From Heterodontus francisci (taxonomy: Eukaryota): a DNA stretch of 64,000 nucleotides. The notes under the pieces were generated by a model. The model was not told the DNA's origin and did not search any database. It saw only the letters and a program-made list of their open reading frames with translations. The stretch covers positions 87,243,658 to 87,307,657 of the forward strand of contig NC_090380.1 in the NCBI RefSeq assembly GCF_036365525.1, written 5' to 3'. Within the stretch, counting starts at the first letter, position 1, and every line of letters starts with the position of its first letter. A program made the translations under genes and the position numbers. Below are positions 1 to 13,070 of this stretch, in pieces.

Positions 1-479
1 CTGACAGACACTTGAGTTTGAATACCATGTTGGTGGTAGAGTTTCCCCTCTGGTAATTGCTTTTCTTCCTTCTCTCCAGTTTTCCTTCATAACTCTTCCG
101 TTCCTAAACACTGTAACTCATACTGCAATGAAGTTCCACAGATGCCAATGGTCCTCAGGTACCTCATACAATGTCGTCATTCTACTGAGTCTAGTCAGTG
201 ATTGTATAAACTATCATATATAATCTCAATCATATCCTCACCCAACATTCACACACAAGCAATTTCAATAGGAGTAGCTGGATAGCAATCAACATTGAGG
301 AGCCTTTTTGATTTTTAATCATCTCTAGATGAGGGATGCGTAGATCAAATATAATGGCCCTAGCTCCCCCTTAACTATTCTGGGTATTATTGATTAACTC
401 AATACAGATGCAATTTTTTAAAGGTTTTCTTTTATCATCCACTAATTTTTGCCAGTAGTTTTCCATCCTGAAAGATATG

Positions 480-790
480 GTTCTATGGCCACTGGTTGTC
501 CACGTTAATATTCAAGTAACATTCTTGCCAGGATGTTTACTGGGGAAGGGGTTGGGGGGGCGGTGTGGAGGAAACCACAGTCTGCATAATCTTATTCTCA
601 GTGCCAGCAAGAGTTGCTGGATAGCAAAACCCTGAAGTAACAGGGCCAATTGCAATGTTCCTAACACAGCCCTGGCTGAAATCAGCTAACTCACACTAAT
701 CAGAGATCAAGCCTGGAACATTCCTAGTATTCATGCCTCAGTTACTCACTGAATAACTTGCTAACCCACCAGGGAGCTAAACATATAACT
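480..790 (-). repeat. Ancient degraded SINE-like repeat, family unassigned
   Basis: The motif cagctaactca(g)cac...gatcaa(a/g)cctgg at about 682-720 recurs in degenerate form at about 2830-2870, 11885-11920, 18450-18480 and 18830-18880. Confidence 0.45.
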
Positions 791-973
791 TTTATTACTT
801 TGTTATAGTTTTCCTCACAATTATAGTTTATAATCAATCAATGCACTGGGGTGGGGAGATGTGCACAATAGTCAAATTTACATCTTTTGATATATTAATG
901 CATCACAAAAATCAGTGCAGTAATAAAGATATTTCTTCTAGCCAAATCAGTACTTAAAATATTTGAAGGATCT

Positions 974-2296
974 TCAATCTTCATCCACCCACCATCTTTT
1001 TTTATGACTATCTGAAGATTTTTCTGCAACTCGATTTGAATTTAAAGTTGACTTTTGCCAACTGGCTCTCTTTTCTGGTTCATTGTTAACTGTCTTCTTG
1101 TTCTGGTGATTTTTGGTTCGACTGCAGTATCTCTGTTCTATTGGAACTGGTAAAAATCCTTCATGTTTCCTTTTTGGAACAAACTTGAGAGCCTCTTGCC
1201 AGCTACCAGTTTCTTTCACAGTCAACAAAATGCCGATCATTTGGTTCAATGTAAGGTTTTTTGCACCACTATCCCACTTCAAATACTCATCCAAAGGAAG
1301 GCGTGCAGTTGCCAACTTTAAACGCTTTGCATTTGCAAGGGACAACCCTGGCTGAATTGACTTATCAACAATCGATCCAATGATGTAGATTTTATCATCC
1401 CGAAAAGTCTTCAATATGGAAGGTGAATCTGCAGTTAAATACACAAGCTTGTCTTTGGGAAAAATGTCAACATATGACTTTTCCGTTACTGTTATCAAGA
1501 GTCTATCCCAGGCATCCCCGTAACGTTTCAAAAGCTCCTTATAATATGATCCCTCAGGGCTAAGGTTACAGAAATGTAAGTGGAATGGGTCCAAAGATCT
1601 TCTGTTATACCCCTCACACTCCAGTAGCTGAGAGACAGTGTTCTCCATTTCTCGACGGGCCATGTAGCTTTCATAGCTCATATCAAATACCAGTGGCTGA
1701 CCAAACATCATGGACTGAGCTGCCCTCCAATTGTACATTACGTCAAAAGACCGTTGCCAGAATTGTAAGAGAAAAGTATTCTTTAATGCAACTCCTTCCT
1801 CGTTTTCTTTTTCCTTCTGCAGATGCTTTGTTCCTCCTTGCTTTAATTTTTGTTTTTCCTTTTCAGCTTTCTTTTTGCCTTCTTTGATTGCTAGGTACTT
1901 AAGATATTTTTTCTTTGCAGATTTAGTGGGTAGTTCTTGAACTGTGCTCAGCTGTTCATCAGTTATGTCCTCTGGCACGGTTTTCCCAGCTAGTCGCCAC
2001 ATTTGAACCAGTTCCCTTGTAGCAGCAAGGGATGAGTTCCCAAGATCTTCAGAGGGGAGTGGTTTGGGAGCTTCAGTTGCGTTTTCTCTCATGACAGTCT
2101 TCCACATATCTAAATCTAGTTTATCAGGGCTAACTTTTTGTTCTTCATTCTTTACACAAGGCGTCAAAACCAGTGTCCTGTGATTTGGCATAAATTGGCA
2201 CCAGGCCAACAGCACTTTATTCTTCACCTGAGTCTTTACTTGTAGAGTGTAGCGTCTACTAAAGCTTTGTAAAAGATGGGGAACACGGAGCCACAT
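974..2296 (-). CDS. TRMT10C: tRNA methyltransferase 10 homolog C (MRPP1, mitochondrial RNase P subunit), single coding exon, about 440 aa
   Basis: The ORF carries Trm10/SPOUT motifs (PLVFDMSYESYM, PFHLHFCNL, LVYLTADSP, YIIGSIVDK, ARLPLDEYL, LTLNQM) and an N-terminal Lys-rich coiled coil. The track start at 2362 is TTG; the first ATG is at 2296. There is a splice acceptor (ttttatctaattacag) just upstream at 2378 and a candidate AATAAA on the minus strand at 791-796. Confidence 0.95.
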   Translation of the reverse strand: MWLRVPHLLQSFSRRYTLQVKTQVKNKVLLAWCQFMPNHRTLVLTPCVKNEEQKVSPDKLDLDMWKTVMRENATEAPKPLPSEDLGNSSLAATRELVQMWRLAGKTVPEDITDEQLSTVQELPTKSAKKKYLKYLAIKEGKKKAEKEKQKLKQGGTKHLQKEKENEEGVALKNTFLLQFWQRSFDVMYNWRAAQSMMFGQPLVFDMSYESYMARREMENTVSQLLECEGYNRRSLDPFHLHFCNLSPEGSYYKELLKRYGDAWDRLLITVTEKSYVDIFPKDKLVYLTADSPSILKTFRDDKIYIIGSIVDKSIQPGLSLANAKRLKLATARLPLDEYLKWDSGAKNLTLNQMIGILLTVKETGSWQEALKFVPKRKHEGFLPVPIEQRYCSRTKNHQNKKTVNNEPEKRASWQKSTLNSNRVAEKSSDSHKKRWWVDED

Positions 2297-3029
2297 AATT
2301 ATACTCAAAATAAAATAATTCTGAAATCTGAATAATCTCCAACAATGTTCTAATAAATCCAAGGATGATGTTTGATCCTGTAATTAGATAAAAAGTATTA
2401 GAAGAATAATGAAAGATTTTTCCAAATTAAATGTTACCAAGTTCTTGCTGAATCTGTTTGAGCTGAAACGCAGAGTTCCCAATTTTCTCAAAACCATAGA
2501 TGTACAAAACGACTGAGCACAGGAATCATTTCTTCCAAGCACACTTTTTCACCCTTCCCAATTTTCTCCATTCCTCTCTTGGAGAGACCAACTTATGCTA
2601 GAATAATGGGCACAGGATGGTAACTCATTGAAATCAGATAGTAAATGTTGACAGGCTATTCGAGCTCCAGAACCACTGAGTCTGACCCTGTTTTCACCCA
2701 ACGTCCACCCACCTGAACTTGCCAATGGGAGTCAATGGATTGCAGTTAGCTACAAGAACCCTTCGTTGATTTCCTTTTCTCCCCCGCCTACGGACATTGA
2801 ATCCAATTGTATAACTGCTGCCCATAAGCGGACTCAACACAGACTGAACAATGAACTGGATTCTGGAGGTTGTAATATGTAGGAAAGAATAGCGCGGAGA
2901 ATTTTGCGTATTCTTGTCAATTAATATTGCTGTGAAATGCTCTCCATAGATTTGCCTCGTTACACAGGCACTTCAATTTTAAAAATACAAAATAAAAAAT
3001 GGAGATCGTATATTAGGAATAAATAGAAT

Positions 3030-3718
3030 CGCGCTAACCTGTTAAAGAGATGAATGAAGTCCGGTGTTGCAAATTCGAATCTGGAACGTGCAACACAGAA
3101 CCCTGCCCGGATCTCATTCAGAGAAACTGCAGCTGCCTTCACATGGGGGAAAGGTCAACGCGGCGTGTGTCCGCCGCTTTCCAGACTCCCTGCTTTCCAC
3201 ATTCCAAATGAACAATGCACACATCAAACCATTGCAGTTTTTTTTTTAAATTGAGCACAGTTGCTCAATTGTAGTAGCTAGTTACCTACAGAATCATTTT
3301 CATGAACAACAGATATCATGAAACACAGGGCAAAGTTATCGTTTGAGTAATCTAATACTGCATGTGCCCGATTCATTTTAATTCAGATCTTTCAATTTGC
3401 AATCCTTGTTCAATCGCAAATATCTGGCAGTGTCTAATACATTATGTGCATGCTGTGTATTTTGTGATGCTGTTTATTAAACGAATATAAGTTCGTTTAG
3501 TATGGTAAACTTTGAGGAATCATTTGATCACGTTGTTAATTAAAATGTAACATTTTCTTTCATTAAAAATTAGCTTGAAGCGTGTTTCTGGGGAATTATT
3601 TCGAAGTAGTCCTAGGAGCAGAAGAATTACATCCGGTTCGTCGTTGTCCTTTCCCCGCCTATGTGAATTTTAGTTTAACTCTTTATTTCAATTAGCCTTT
3701 TCTCTTCAAGTTGAGAGA
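3030..3718. promoter_or_regulatory. Bidirectional promoter region shared by trmt10c (minus) and txnl4b (plus), including a probable non-coding trmt10c exon 1
   Basis: The genes are head-to-head. CpG-enriched patches lie at about 3030-3190 and 3600-3660. A minus-strand donor CAG/GTTAG at 3038 could splice to the acceptor at 2378. Confidence 0.6.
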
Positions 3719-3850
3719 ATGAGCTTTTTGCTGCCAAAGTTACAAACTAAGAAAGACGTTGACCATATCATAAAGACCGTGGCAGAGAGGGTGCTTGTTC
3801 TGCGTTTTGGTCGCGACCAGGACACGGTCTGTTTGCATCTGGATGAAATT
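3719..3850 (+). CDS. TXNL4B: Thioredoxin-like 4B (Dim2), coding exon 1
   Basis: Hand translation: MSFLLPKLQTKKDVDHIIKTVAERVLVLRFGRDQDTVCLHLDEI, followed by donor gtaaga at 3851. Missed by the ORF track. Confidence 0.95.
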
Positions 3851-4299
3851 GTAAGAATTGTCACTAAACGTTAACAAACCTGTTTCATTTGATTTTTTTA
3901 AGTAATTATTTTCATTATGTTTCACTGTCAGCAGGGAAAATACATTATAGTATCAGCTTGGTATAACTTTCGGCTCTAAATCATAAAACTAGTTTCCCTT
4001 CCAGCCTTCTAATCAGGTGCTGTGAATTTATCAGCTGAGTTCACACTTCAGTGCAGTTCTGGGGGAGTGTTGAAGGTACTATCTATCGAATGAAATCATT
4101 TGGCAATTTTAAAGAAATATGGCACCATTCCTCAAAATGCTGAAACCACTAAAAACTGATTGAATGTATCTTGGGGTTATTTGTGTCGTACTACAGTGTG
4201 CAAAGTGATTGCCTAGAACAGTTAGTGTTTGTCTGCAACAGTACTGCATTTCAAAAGTGAGTGTTATGTGTGAAGCTTTGAGGTGTTCTGGCAAGACGA

Positions 4300-4810
4300 T
4301 GCTCAAGCTCATCCAAAACTCTGCCGCCTGCATCCTAACTTACGCAAAGTCCTGTTCACCCATCACCCCAGTGCTCGCTGACCTACATTGGCTCCTGGTA
4401 TGACAAAGCCTCAAATTTAAGTTCTCATCCTTGTTTTCCAATCCCTCCATGGCTTCGCATCTCTCTAACTCTATAACCTCTTCCAGCCCTACAACTTATT
4501 GATGTCCCTGCACAAACCAATTGTAGCCTTTTATGTATCCCTGATTTTAATCTTTCCACCATTGGCAACTGTGCCTTCAACTGCCTATACACTAGGCTCG
4601 GGAATTCCCACCTTAAACCTTTCTGTCTCTCTATCTCTCTCTCTCCTCCTTTTAAGGTACTCTGTAAAATCTACTTCTTTAATCAAGCTTTTGGTCATCT
4701 GCTATACTATCTCCTTATTTTGCTTGGTGTCAAATTTTGTTTGACAATGCATTTGTGAAGAGCCTTAGGACATTTACTACATTAATGGCACTTTATGAAT
4801 ACAAGTTGTT
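4300..4810 (+). mobile_element. L2-type LINE 3' fragment
   Basis: Encodes remnant LKLIQNSAACILT..KSCSPITPVLADLHWL, typical of the L2 ORF2 C-terminus. Ends in a tail ...ggcactttatgaatacaagttgttg. Confidence 0.8.
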
Positions 4811-5418
4811 GAAGGTACAAATATTGCGCTATAATTTGCTGTAAATGGGCATCTAATGGTGCCTGCTGTTAGTTAGACTTGCCATTGTACATTTAGGTTT
4901 TTAAATGTTTTGTAAAGACACACAAATGAATGCCCACTTGGGCAAGGGTGCTGATAGACACCTTTATTGATATGTGTCAATACCACAAGGAATTGCTGAA
5001 GTGTAACTCGAGGTTGGAACTATACCAGTTTTTTCTCATTGTTAAGTAGATAGGTCATCTTAACTTAAAAGTTGGAATGGGCAACTTGGCTGAATCAGTA
5101 AGTTACAGACCAGAAAATGTACAAATGTAAATATCACCTGAAGTTTGGATTTCAACCCAGGATTGGTTCACTTTGCAGACTAAGTATTACACCAGACTGA
5201 TTAAACATCCATATTTAAATTTATTGTTATGGTTTTTTTTAAAACTACATAATTCTACAGTTATGTTTCAAGCTTTGCTACTGATTATTTGCCCCAACCT
5301 ATTGTATTATGTTCTTATGTTTATTCTTTGTAATAAACAATTTTCTTTCCAAGGTAAAAGTATCACTTCTAGTAAGGTCTCAATATCAAGTTCTTTTCTT
5401 TCATCTTTGTTTCATTAG

Positions 5419-5570
5419 CTTTCAAAAACTGCTCATGACCTGAGTAAAATGGCAGCTATTTATCTGGTGGATGTTGACAGTGTGCCTATATATACCCGCT
5501 ACTTTGACATCAGCTACATTCCTTCCACAGTGTTTTTCTTCAATGGCCAACACATGAAAGTGGATTATGG
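5419..5570 (+). CDS. TXNL4B: Thioredoxin-like 4B, coding exon 2
   Basis: Acceptor ttcattag at 5418. Encodes LSKTAHDLSKMAAIYLVDVDSVPIYTRYFDISYIPSTVFFFNGQHMKVDYG. Donor gtaaga at 5571 (phase 2). Confidence 0.95.
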
Positions 5571-6646
5571 GTAAGATATTTTACTTCAGTTAAGGTGTAA
5601 TACAGTTCCATCTAGTATGTGTACAAGGTTTCAGTAAACACATCCTTGTGCTAAGTATCTTGGTTAATATGGAATGGAAGGATCAGTACGTTTAAGGAGA
5701 ACCATTTTTCTCTTGGCTTCCCCCAACAGATGTAAGACAATCAATTGAAATTAGCCAAACAATAGCAGTTTTTTTCAACTGAAAATTACTGCTTAAAATC
5801 TTTCCTTTTATTATTAGCTACTCCACAATCCATAATTGTGCTGAGGCTCACATTTTACTTTTTATCTGTTAAGTTACACCACAAATGACCAGTTAGCCTT
5901 GCATAACCTTTGGTTGCAAATGTTCACAATACTTCTGCAATGTTTGATGTGTCCAGCACTCCCTCATTTCCACCTATGATGCTCTTGGCCCCAGAAAAAA
6001 CTTTTACTCTCTCCCATCCAAGTCAATCCCCCGATGTGGCCCCAGCTTTGTTCCCTCAAGTCGTAGGGGTTGAGTGTATCTGGCCCACAATTGGATTAGT
6101 TATCCATCACCAGAACTGGCTGGATCATATCAAGAACTATTGAGCCATTTTCTCCTCTCCCAAAACCACATATTACTCCAGGGTCATCCTGGCAAGCATA
6201 GACAACTCCTGCCTTTTTTTCTCCACTACTTGCTGTCTCGCTAAACCTCTCTCTCCTCACCTCCAAACAACATGAGAGGAGCTGATGGACTTCTTTATCA
6301 TGAGATTGAGACTGTCTCTTCAGCTGCTTCCACCCCCCAACCCTTCTCCTTACCCACCAAGTCAAACCTCTTCCTGCCCTTGCCCTAAAGTCATGTTTTT
6401 TTTCAGTTTCTCTCCTATTTCCGCTGTGCCCTTTCTAAGCTCATCATACTCCTGAGATCCACCTCCTGCATCCCTTGACCCCAGTCCCACTACACTGCTG
6501 AGCACTCAACTTTCTTCATGACCCCCAATGCTAGCTGACATAATGGTTCCCTCTCCTGAGGTACTGCTCTTGCACTTTCAAAACTAGTGTTATCACCCCT
6601 TCCTCAAAAAACTCCCTTGACACTACTATCCTTGCAAACTCTCACC

Positions 6647-8904
6647 TCATAGTTATACAGCACAGAAACGGGCCCTTCGGCCCATCGTGTCTGTGCCGGC
6701 CATCAAGCACCTAACTATTCTAATCCTATTTTCCAGCACTTGGCCCGTAGCCTTGTATGCTATGGCGTTTCAAGTGCTTATCTAAATACTTCTTAAATGT
6801 TGTGAGGGTTCCTGCCTCTATCACCTCTTCAGACAGTGCATTCCAGATTCCAACCACCCTCTGAGTGAAATTTCTTTTCCTCAAATCCCCTCAAAACCTC
6901 CGGCCCCTTACCTTAAATCTATGCCCCCTGGTTATTGACCCCTCCGCTAAGGGAAAAAGTTTCTTCCTATCTAACAGATCAATGCCCCTCATAATTTTGT
7001 ATACCTCAATCAGGTCCCCCCTCAGCCTTCTCTGCTCTAAGGAAAACAACCCTAGCCTTTTCAGTCTCCCTTCATAGCTGAAATGCTCCAGCCCAGGCAA
7101 CATCCTGGTGAATCTCCTCTGCACCCTCTCCAGTGTAATCACATCCTTCCTATAGTGTGGTGCCCAGAACTGTACACAGTACTCCAGCTGTGGCCTAACT
7201 AGCATTTTGTACAGTTCCATCGTAACCTCCCTGCTCTTATATTCTATGCCTCGGCTAATAAAGGCAAGTATTCCATATGCCTTCCTAACCACGTTATCTA
7301 CCTGTGCTGCTGCCTTCAGTGATTTATGGACAAGTACACCAAGGTCCCTCTGACCCTCTGTACTTCCTATGGTCCAACCATCCATTGTATTTTTCCTTGC
7401 CTTGTTAGTCCTCCCAAAATGCATCACCTCACACTTCTCAGGATTAAATTCCATTTACCACAGCTACGCCCATCTTACCAGCCCTTCTATATCGTCTTGT
7501 AATCTAAGGTTTTCCTCCCCACTATTTACGACACCACCAATTTTCGTGTCATCTGCGTACTTACTGATCATACCTCCTATATTCACATCTAAATCATTAA
7601 TGTGCACTACAAACAGCACGGGTCCCAGCACTGTTCCCTGTGGTACACCACTGGTCACAAGCTTCCACTCGCAAAAACAACCCTCGACCATTACCCTCTG
7701 CCTCCTGCCACTAAGCCAATTTTGGATCCAATTTGCCAAATTGCCCTGGATCCTATGGGCTCTTACCTTCTTAACCAATTTCCCATGTGGGACCTTATCA
7801 AAAGCCTTACTGAAGTCCATGTAGACTACATCAACTGCTTTACCCTCATCCACACATCTAGTCACCGCCTCAAAAAATTCAATCAAGTTAGTTAGACACG
7901 ATCTCCCCCTGACAAAGCCATGCTGACTATCCCTGATTAATCCCTGCCTCTCCAAGTGGAGATTAATCCTGTCCCTCAGAATTTTTTCCAATAATTTCCC
8001 AACCACTGATGTTACACTCACTGGTTTATCCCTGCTACCCTTCTTGAATAATGGTACCACATTCGCTGTCCTCCAATCCTCTGGTACCTCTCCTGTGGCC
8101 AGAGAGGATTTGAAAATTTGTGTCAGAGCCCCTACTATCTCCTCCCTTGCCTCGCATAACAGCCTGGGATGCAGTTCATCTGGCCTGAGGATTTATCCAC
8201 TTTTAAGCCCTCTAAAACAGCTAATACTTCCTCCCTTTCAATGCTAGTATGTTCAAATATATCACAATCCCCCCCCTGATCTCTACACCTACATCGTCCT
8301 TCTTCATAGTAAACACAGATGAAAAGTAATCATTTAAAACCTCACCTATGTCCTCCAGCTCCACACACACATTGCCACTTTGGTCCCTAATGGGCGCTAC
8401 TCTTTCCCTGGTTATCCTCTTGCCCTTAATATACTTATAAAATGCCTTAGGATTTTCCTTTATCTTGCCCGCCAGTATTTTTTCATGTCCCCTCTTCGCT
8501 TTCCTAATTACTTTTTAAAGTACCCCCCCTTCACATTCTGTACTCCTCTAGGGCCTCCGCTGTTTACAGCGCTCTGAATCTGCCATAAGCCTCCTTTTTT
8601 TTCCAGCTCCAATCCTCTATATCCCTTGACATCCAGGGTTCCGTGAACTTATTGGTCCTACCCTTCACCTTAACGGTACATGTTGGGTCTGAACTCTCAC
8701 TATTTCCTCGTTCAATGACTCCCACTGGTCTGATGTAGACTTTCCTACAAGTAGCTGCTCCCAGTCCAATTTGGCCAGATCCTGTTTTATCATATTGAAA
8801 TCGGCCTTCCCCCAATTCAGTACTTTTATTTCTGCTCCATCTTTGTCCTTTTCCATAACTACCTTAAATCTTACAGAGTTATGATCACTATCCCCGAAAT
8901 GCTC
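6647..8904 (-). mobile_element. CR1 LINE, 5'-truncated, ORF2 frameshifted
   Basis: ORFs 7464-8060 and 6891-7454 contain YMDFSKAFDKVPH, GVPQGTVLGP, KYADDTK and RPQLEYCVQFW. CR1 3' stem-loop gggcccttcggccc at about 6670. Confidence 0.95.
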
Positions 8905-9004
8905 ATCTCCAATTTTTCTTTCTTCAAAGTTCTTGAATGTGTTACCTCTCCCAAATCCATGCCCACATTTCCTACAACTTGATGTTTAAAAAAAAAAAAT
9001 GCCA

Positions 9005-9430
9005 CGGCTCAGTGACTCTCGACTCTGAGTCAAAAGGTTGTGGGTTGAAGTCCCACTCCAGAGACTTGAGCACAAAAATCTAGCTGACACTCCAGTGCAA
9101 TACTGAAGGAGTGCTGCACTGTCAGAGATGCCGTGAATGAGATGTTAAATTGAGTTCCTGTCTGTGCACTCAGGTGGATGTAAAAGATACCATGACACTA
9201 TTTTGAAGAAGAGCAGGTGTCCTCGCCAATATTTATCTCTCAATCAATAATAGTGAAACAGATCATTTGGTCGTTATCACGTTGCTGTTTGTGGGAGCTA
9301 GCTGTGAGCAAATTGGTTGCCATGTTTCCTACATTACAAAACAGTGACTACATTTCAAAAGTACTTCATTGGCTGTAAAAAGCTTTGGGACATCTTGAGG
9401 TCATGAAAGGTGCTAAATAAATGCAAGTTT
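9005..9430 (+). mobile_element. tRNA-derived DeuSINE/SacSINE1-like SINE
   Basis: tRNA-like head (ggctcagtg...gggttgaagtcccactccagag), a Deu-like core (caggtggatgtaaaagat.ccatg.cactattt.gaagaagagcagg) and an L2-like tail (ggtgctaaataaatgcaag). Confidence 0.75.
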
Positions 9431-10658
9431 TGAAAAAAAATCTCTCCAATCATGTTTCTTCTACTGCCACAGCACTGAAACGGCCCTAATCAAGGTCAAA
9501 ATGACGACACTTGTGATTGAGACCATGTTGCATTATTCCTCCTCAACTACTCTGCAGCATTTGACATGATCAACCACACCATTCCCCTCCAATGCCTTTC
9601 CTCTATTATCCAGCTCGGTTGGATTACCCTTGGTTGGTATAACTCTTACCTATCTGATCATAGCCAGAGCATCTCAGCAATGGCATTCTTTACCAATCCC
9701 ATACAGTTGCCTTCAAATCCCTGAAGGATCAGTCCTTGGCCCCTCCTCTTCCTCATCTACATACTGCCTCAGCTTCCACATGTATGCTGATGACACTCAA
9801 ATCTCTTTCTTCTTCACCTCTCGTGACCCCTGTACTGCCTTAGTCTTGTCAGATTGCTTATCCGATATCTGGTCTTGATGAGTTACAATTTCTTCCAAGC
9901 GAACATTGGAAAGACATCATCTCTGGATCACACCAGAATCTCTGTATCCTTGCTGTTGATTCTGTTGCCCCTCCTGTATATTGTCTCGGGCTGAACCAAA
10001 TTGTTTACAATCTTTGAGTCCTTTTTGACTACAAGCAGAACATATACTCTCCATCGCTAAGACCGCTTACTTTCACCTCTGTAACATTGACTGCCTTCAC
10101 CCCTCCTTTAGCCCATCTGCTGCTGAAACTCTCCGCCAGTCCAAACTTGATATTCTAATGCTCTGCTGGATGGCTTTGCATCCTCCACCCTCCATCCCTC
10201 TTGAAGTTCAGCTGATCCAAAATTCTGCTCCCCCAACACTCCTACCAATGTCTCAAATTTAAATTTCTTATCCTTATGTTCAGATCCCTTCATGAGCTTC
10301 TTGCTCCTTATCTCTGTAACCCTCTCTACCCCAATGTTCCATTCCTCTGACTGTAACCTTAATGCATTCCCCACCATTGGTGCCTTCAGCCAACTAGGAA
10401 TTCTGTCCCTAAACCCTTCCACTTTTACTCCTGCCTCTCCTCAAAACACAGATCTTTGACAAAGCTTTTGATCACCTCTTCTGATATCTCCTTCTTTGTC
10501 TCCTATTATTTTCACCTGATTAACCCCTGTGAAGTGCTTTGGGACATTTTCTACGATAAAGACGCTATATAAATGTAAGTTGTTTAGCTTTATTGGATTT
10601 CTTGCAAGTAAAATTGTGAGCTATAGCAAAATTAAGTGTTTGCATTTTCTTTTTTTAG

Positions 10659-10824
10659 GTCTCCAGATCATACAAAGTTTGTTGGGTGTTTCAAAACAAA
10701 GCAAGACTTCATAGATTTAATTGAAGTAATATTCCGTGGAGCGATGCGTGGAAAACTAATAGTGCACAGCCCTATTGATCCGAGGAATATCCCAAAGTAT
10801 GACCTCCTCTATCATGGCATCTAA
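10659..10824 (+). CDS. TXNL4B: Thioredoxin-like 4B, coding exon 3
   Basis: Acceptor ttttttttag at 10658. Encodes [54 protein letters not shown]. The exons sum to 132+152+166=450 nt, i.e. 149 aa plus stop. Confidence 0.95.
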
Positions 10825-12379
10825 ATATACTGGCTGTTTGTTGTGTTTTGCAATCACCCCATGGCAAATATTGAATACAGGATGCAATTTCTAGTCATCA
10901 AAATGTTCTCCGTTTGTTGAGAAGTATTGAGATTTTGATTTAATATTGTGGACTATGTAAATATTCATAGACAAGAAACTTCTTGGAAGAGATTTGCAAG
11001 AATCATGATGAAGAGACTCAGTATGCAGAGCTTCTGATCCTCCATTGCTTAGAATTTCAGTATCCTGGAACACTCTATCTCAGCTCATTGGCAAGTCTGC
11101 TGCCACATGCTTGTCTTAAAGATTAGCTTTGGATAAATAATTCATTTGCCTGACAATTGGTGTTTTCCTGATTAACACTTGATGGGAATCTTTTTGTCTG
11201 CAGGGGTTCTTCTTGGCTCTGTGGTCTCTCTTAAAACAACTGTGCTATAATCTAAGATGTAAGCCCTATATGTGAAAAGAGTATTGGAAAGGAAGCAATA
11301 GCTATTTAAAAGAAAGTAGGGGGAAACAAATTCTGTTTCTGTACTACCACAAACCATTCCCTGACCAAGATAGTAGGCAGCTAACCTTCCAAGCCCCTGC
11401 TTCTTTGAGCTCATCAGCAGGAGGGATTTTGTTTTATTAACCTCTAAATTTCTGCTTTAGAAGTGGGAGTGTTTACTTCCTGTATGGGGATTTGTCTTAG
11501 CACTTCATGCACAGTCCAAGTGTACGATGCAATGTGCCATCAGGCGCCCTTTGAATGTGGATTTCTCCCCTCAACCCTATTTTTCTGTCCTGAAAAAGAT
11601 GGCTCACGTTAATGTATGGTTCAAGAGGTGCCAGTAACTTTGTGATATGTTGAGAACATAGCCACTGTTCAAGTATGCACCTACTGTTTCAGGGTTGTTT
11701 AATCATGGTAGGCATTACATTCTAGCCTGATCTTGTCGTTGCATGCCTGTCTCTGTCTTACACAACCAATGTGCAAATTTTCTGGTACTGTTCACTGCAT
11801 ATGACTTGTGAGCAGAAAGTCAGTGCTTTCTTCATGCTGGATACTAGGGCTAAGTGGAAAACCTATCACCTTTTGCTGGCTTATCGCAGTTAACTCAGCA
11901 TAGTAGATCTGAGACTTCCTGTTTGTCAGGCATACAATAATGGCAACACTCTGCTCCTTGTAGTCTTGCATTTGATTAAAAAAAATCTATTCTGTATGAC
12001 TATGATTTATGTTGAGTTCCTGTAACCAACCTGAAATTTTGAAAAAAAGAACAAATGCTGCAAATGCTAGAAATCTGAAACAAAAACAGAAAATGCTAGA
12101 GACACACTTCGGTCAAGCAGAATCGGACGAGAAAACAAGTTGGTTGGCATTTCAGGAAACAAACTATTCTTTTGAATTAAAGGTATTACAAATAAACAGC
12201 ATTAAAGAAGGAACAGAACAGTGAAAAGGGAGGATGAGAGGGAAAAAAACATTAGACACATTGACCCAGGAAAAGACATCGAATGGCCTGTAAAGTGCTA
12301 CGATGGGAACTGGAAATTAGGTAAAGTGCAGAACTGATATGCACAGCTGGCATGAGAGAAATAAAAGACATAAACATAT

Positions 12380-12630
12380 CGCCTGAGATGAGGAGAAATT
12401 TCTTCACTCTCAAAGTGTTGTGAATCTTTGCAATTCTTAACCCTAGAAGGCTGTACATGCTCAGTTGTTGAGTATATTCAAGACCGAGATCGATAGATTT
12501 TTATGGATACTCAGGGAATCTAGGGATATGGGGATAGTGCAGGAAGGTGAAGTTGAGGTAGAAGATCAGCCATGATCTGATTGGGTGGTGGAACAGGCTT
12601 GAAGGGCCTACTGCTCTTACTTCTTGTGTT
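12380..12630 (+). mobile_element. CR1 3' end fragment
   Basis: gagatgaggagaaatttcttcactc...gatcagccatgatct...gaagggcctactgctc matches the 3' UTR of other CR1 copies in the window. Confidence 0.75.
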
Positions 12631-12889
12631 TCAATGCCACTGAACATGTAAGAAGAGCTAAGGAGAATAGGTGAGTAGAAAGGGAAGCGTGAAAAACTGT
12701 CCAAGTGGAGCAGTTTCCAGCAGTCAGGCAATCTTGTGGAAGGAAACAGTGCAAGAGTGCATTTGATTCCATCAGTACAGTTTTCTCACCTCAGCACCAA
12801 CTCTCTCACTTTCCTAATCCCTAGAAACACCAGTGCACCCATCCAACACCTACTGCTACAGAGAACATGGTAGCTATATTTAAGGTTTG

Positions 12890-13070
12890 ACGTTGTTAAA
12901 AATCGAATCGAGGCCAGAGTGCCAAGTAGAAATATGAGGTCCTGTTCCTCAAAGTCAGAGTGGGATTGGACGGAAGATTGAAATACCATACAACATAAAA
13001 CTCGGGGTTGCACTTCTGAACAGAATGGATGTTTTTAGCAAAGCGATCACCTATTTACATTGGGGAGATC
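12890..13070 (-). mobile_element. Penelope-like element fragment (GIY-YIG C-terminal region)
   Basis: The minus-strand remnant EEQDLIFLLGTLA resembles the EEQHLIFRLGTL motif recalled from vertebrate Penelope elements. The associated terminal repeat is at about 12050-12170. Confidence 0.5.

Larger units (their letters stand above)
5950..10580 (+). mobile_element. Degraded L2 LINE split by a CR1 insertion (6647-8904) and a SINE (9005-9430)
   Basis: RT remnants (gcagcatttgac, EGSVLGP, FHMYADDTQ at about 9720-9800) and an L2 tail (gtgaagtgctttgggacatttt...gacgctatataaatgtaagttgtt) at about 10530-10583. Confidence 0.7.

Noticed and set aside
2297-2362. N-terminal extensions of the TRMT10C ORF (and 21003-21023 for FAM172B) in the ORF track
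   Set aside because: They start at TTG, a prokaryote-style start call. The first ATG codons are at 2296 and 21002.
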